64,000 nt of DNA from Acidobacteriota bacterium. GTDB taxonomy: Bacteria > Acidobacteriota > Vicinamibacteria > Vicinamibacterales > UBA2999. The position numbers and the translations under genes were made by a program. The notes beneath the pieces are model-generated. The model did no database searches. It saw only the letters and a program-made list of their open reading frames with translations, and was not told where the DNA came from. The DNA lies in the NCBI GenBank assembly GCA_046732795.1, contig JBKPNV010000044.1, positions 4,629-68,628 on the forward strand, given 5' to 3'. This document shows, one piece after another, positions 62,858-64,000 of this stretch. Position 1 is the first letter of the stretch. Every line of letters begins with the position of its first letter.

Positions 62858-64000
62858 ATGTCAGTGACAGACACGATCGAGGCAGAAGGCCATCTGATCG
62901 ACTCCGGTCTCCTGTCCGCCATTTTCGACAAGATCATCGAGGTCAAAGGGTCGTACGAAATCCTTTCGTTCGACATCGGCAAGACAAATGACGATGTCTC
63001 GCGCATTCAGATGCGCGTCACCGTCGCCGACGACACGACGCTCGACGACCTCTTCCAGCAGCTCACGGGCTTTGGCGCGCATGCCGTGCGCGAGGCGAAC
63101 GCCGTCTTGAAGCCGGCGGAAAAAGATCGCTGCGTCCCGGACGATTTCTACTCGACGACGAATCACCGCACACACGTGCGACTGGAGGGGCGCTGGGTCG
63201 AGGTCGAGAAGCAGCGCATGGACGCCGTCATCGTCGTTGACGGCGCCACGGCCGCCTGCCGCAAGCTCCGCGATGTGAAGGCGGGTGAACGTGTCGTCTG
63301 CGGACACGTCGGTATTCGCGTCACGCCGGAGTTCAAAGAGCGCGACCGCCTCGGCTTCGCTTTCATGAGCAACGACGTCTCCTCGGAGCGACGTGTGGAA
63401 GGCAGTGTGTCGCGCATCGCGCAGATGATGCGCGACGTGAGAAGCAGCGGCGGGCGCATCGCCGTCGTTGCCGGTCCGGTGGTCGTGCATACGGGCGGCG
63501 TCGAGCACTTCTCGGCGCTGATCCGGCAGGGCTACGTGAACGTCGTGTTGGCGGGCAATGCGCTGGCGGTGCACGACATCGAGTACGCGTTGTCCGGCAC
63601 CTCGCTCGGCATCGACCTCGTGGCAGGCGCGCCGGTCGAGCAGGGACACCGCAATCATATGGCGGCGATCAACACGATCAACCGTGCGGGCAGCATTCGC
63701 GCCGCGGTCGCGCAAGGCGTGTTGAAGTCAGGCGTGATGTACGAATGCGTTACGCATGGCGTCGATTTCGTGCTGGCCGGCAGTATCCGCGACGACGGCC
63801 CGTTGCCCGAGACCGTCATGGACCTGATCGAGGCGCAGGAGCGCTATGCGGCGGTGCTCTCGAACAATGTGCAGATGGTACTCATGCTGTCGTCGATGCT
63901 GCACAGTATCGGCGTCGGCAATATGCTGCCGTCATGGGTGCGGGTGGTGTGCGTCGACATCAACCCCGCCGTCGTGACCAAGCTGAGCGATCGCGGTTCG
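62858..64000 (+). CDS. TIGR00300-family protein (LOR/SDH conserved domain; ornithine cyclodeaminase / arginine dihydrolase-related), C-terminus beyond right edge
   Basis: The open frame from ATG 62858 runs to the window end. The N-terminus is MSVTDTIEAEGHLIDSGLLSAIFDKIIEVKGSYEILSFDIGK, followed by ...VVAGPVVVHTGG...VLAGNALAVHDIE. The listed 284-aa minus-strand ORF here is antisense and rejected. Confidence 0.7.
   Translation, partial: MSVTDTIEAEGHLIDSGLLSAIFDKIIEVKGSYEILSFDIGKTNDDVSRIQMRVTVADDTTLDDLFQQLTGFGAHAVREANAVLKPAEKDRCVPDDFYSTTNHRTHVRLEGRWVEVEKQRMDAVIVVDGATAACRKLRDVKAGERVVCGHVGIRVTPEFKERDRLGFAFMSNDVSSERRVEGSVSRIAQMMRDVRSSGGRIAVVAGPVVVHTGGVEHFSALIRQGYVNVVLAGNALAVHDIEYALSGTSLGIDLVAGAPVEQGHRNHMAAINTINRAGSIRAAVAQGVLKSGVMYECVTHGVDFVLAGSIRDDGPLPETVMDLIEAQERYAAVLSNNVQMVLMLSSMLHSIGVGNMLPSWVRVVCVDINPAVVTKLSDRGS

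Noticed and set aside
62861-63715. 284-aa minus-strand ORF listed in the track.
   Set aside because: The opposite strand carries an open frame from ATG 62858 to the window edge with clear TIGR00300/LOR-SDH family sequence. The minus-strand ORF is therefore antisense noise.
1-64000. Search for tRNA, rRNA, tmRNA, riboswitches, transposases, integrases and prophage genes.
   Set aside because: No T-loop/acceptor-stem-like tRNA structure was seen in any spacer. No recombinase or transposase motifs were seen in any ORF. None is reported, but a covariance-model scan (Infernal/tRNAscan) was not possible here.

Overview
This is a densely coding, high-GC bacterial chromosomal segment (GC judged by eye, not computed). 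I recognised no rRNA, tRNA, CRISPR array, transposase or integrase. The gene content includes DUF1592/DUF1552 pairs, HemQ and a large M14 peptidase. There are also two families of palindromic REP-like elements (GTCCGGCTWWAGCCGGAC and GGGGTCWGACCCC). Together these suggest an Acidobacteriota-like soil bacterium, but that is inference only.

Main blocks, left to right:
- **1-2381:** a SIMPL protein, a CoA-transferase and a hypothetical protein.
- **2541-9386:** a metal cluster. The uspA-mntH operon lies divergent from a DtxR/MntR regulator, a porin-like beta-barrel, a CuA-type cupredoxin, a di-haem DUF1111 protein and an atypical Nramp-like permease.
- **9433-11200:** gph, queD and queC.
- **11315-15166:** DUF4097, nagA, a PIN-like protein and a deoxyhypusine-synthase-like protein.
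- **15296-21047:** a sigma-54 activator, an S8 peptidase with a long decapeptide-repeat tail, and an HD-GYP/GAF/GGDEF protein.
- **21123-22683:** fabI and a zinc-ribbon/RG-rich protein.
- **22815-31566:** a complete divergent arginine regulon, argR-argG(like)-argH on one side and argC-argB-argD-NAGS-argJ-argF on the other, with a clear ARG operator between them.
- **31602-40035:** an acyl-CoA ligase, pxpA, an isolated DGQHR (DndB-like) gene flanked by long lower-GC spacers, an acyltransferase, an FTR1 permease, an exported methyltransferase, an HTH protein and hemQ.
- **40065-46611:** a marR-tolC-MFP-RND efflux operon.
- **47920-53151:** a DUF1592/DUF1552/ankyrin triad.
- **53268-64000:** an M14 peptidase, a GNAT, xthA, a FliB-like Cys-cluster protein, a desaturase, a histidine kinase/response regulator pair, a radical SAM protein and a truncated TIGR00300 (LOR/SDH) gene.

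The most interesting candidate for an undescribed system is the MntR-anchored porin/cupredoxin/di-haem/Nramp-like cluster. It has an unexplained missing stop codon between regulator and porin, and REP-derived coding sequence in the cupredoxin. Secondary candidates are the motif-degenerate truncated ArgG-like gene, the orphan DGQHR islet, the DUF1592-DUF1552-ankyrin triad and the DNIVWST decapeptide-repeat protease. All functional calls rest on motif recognition by eye; no database search was run.
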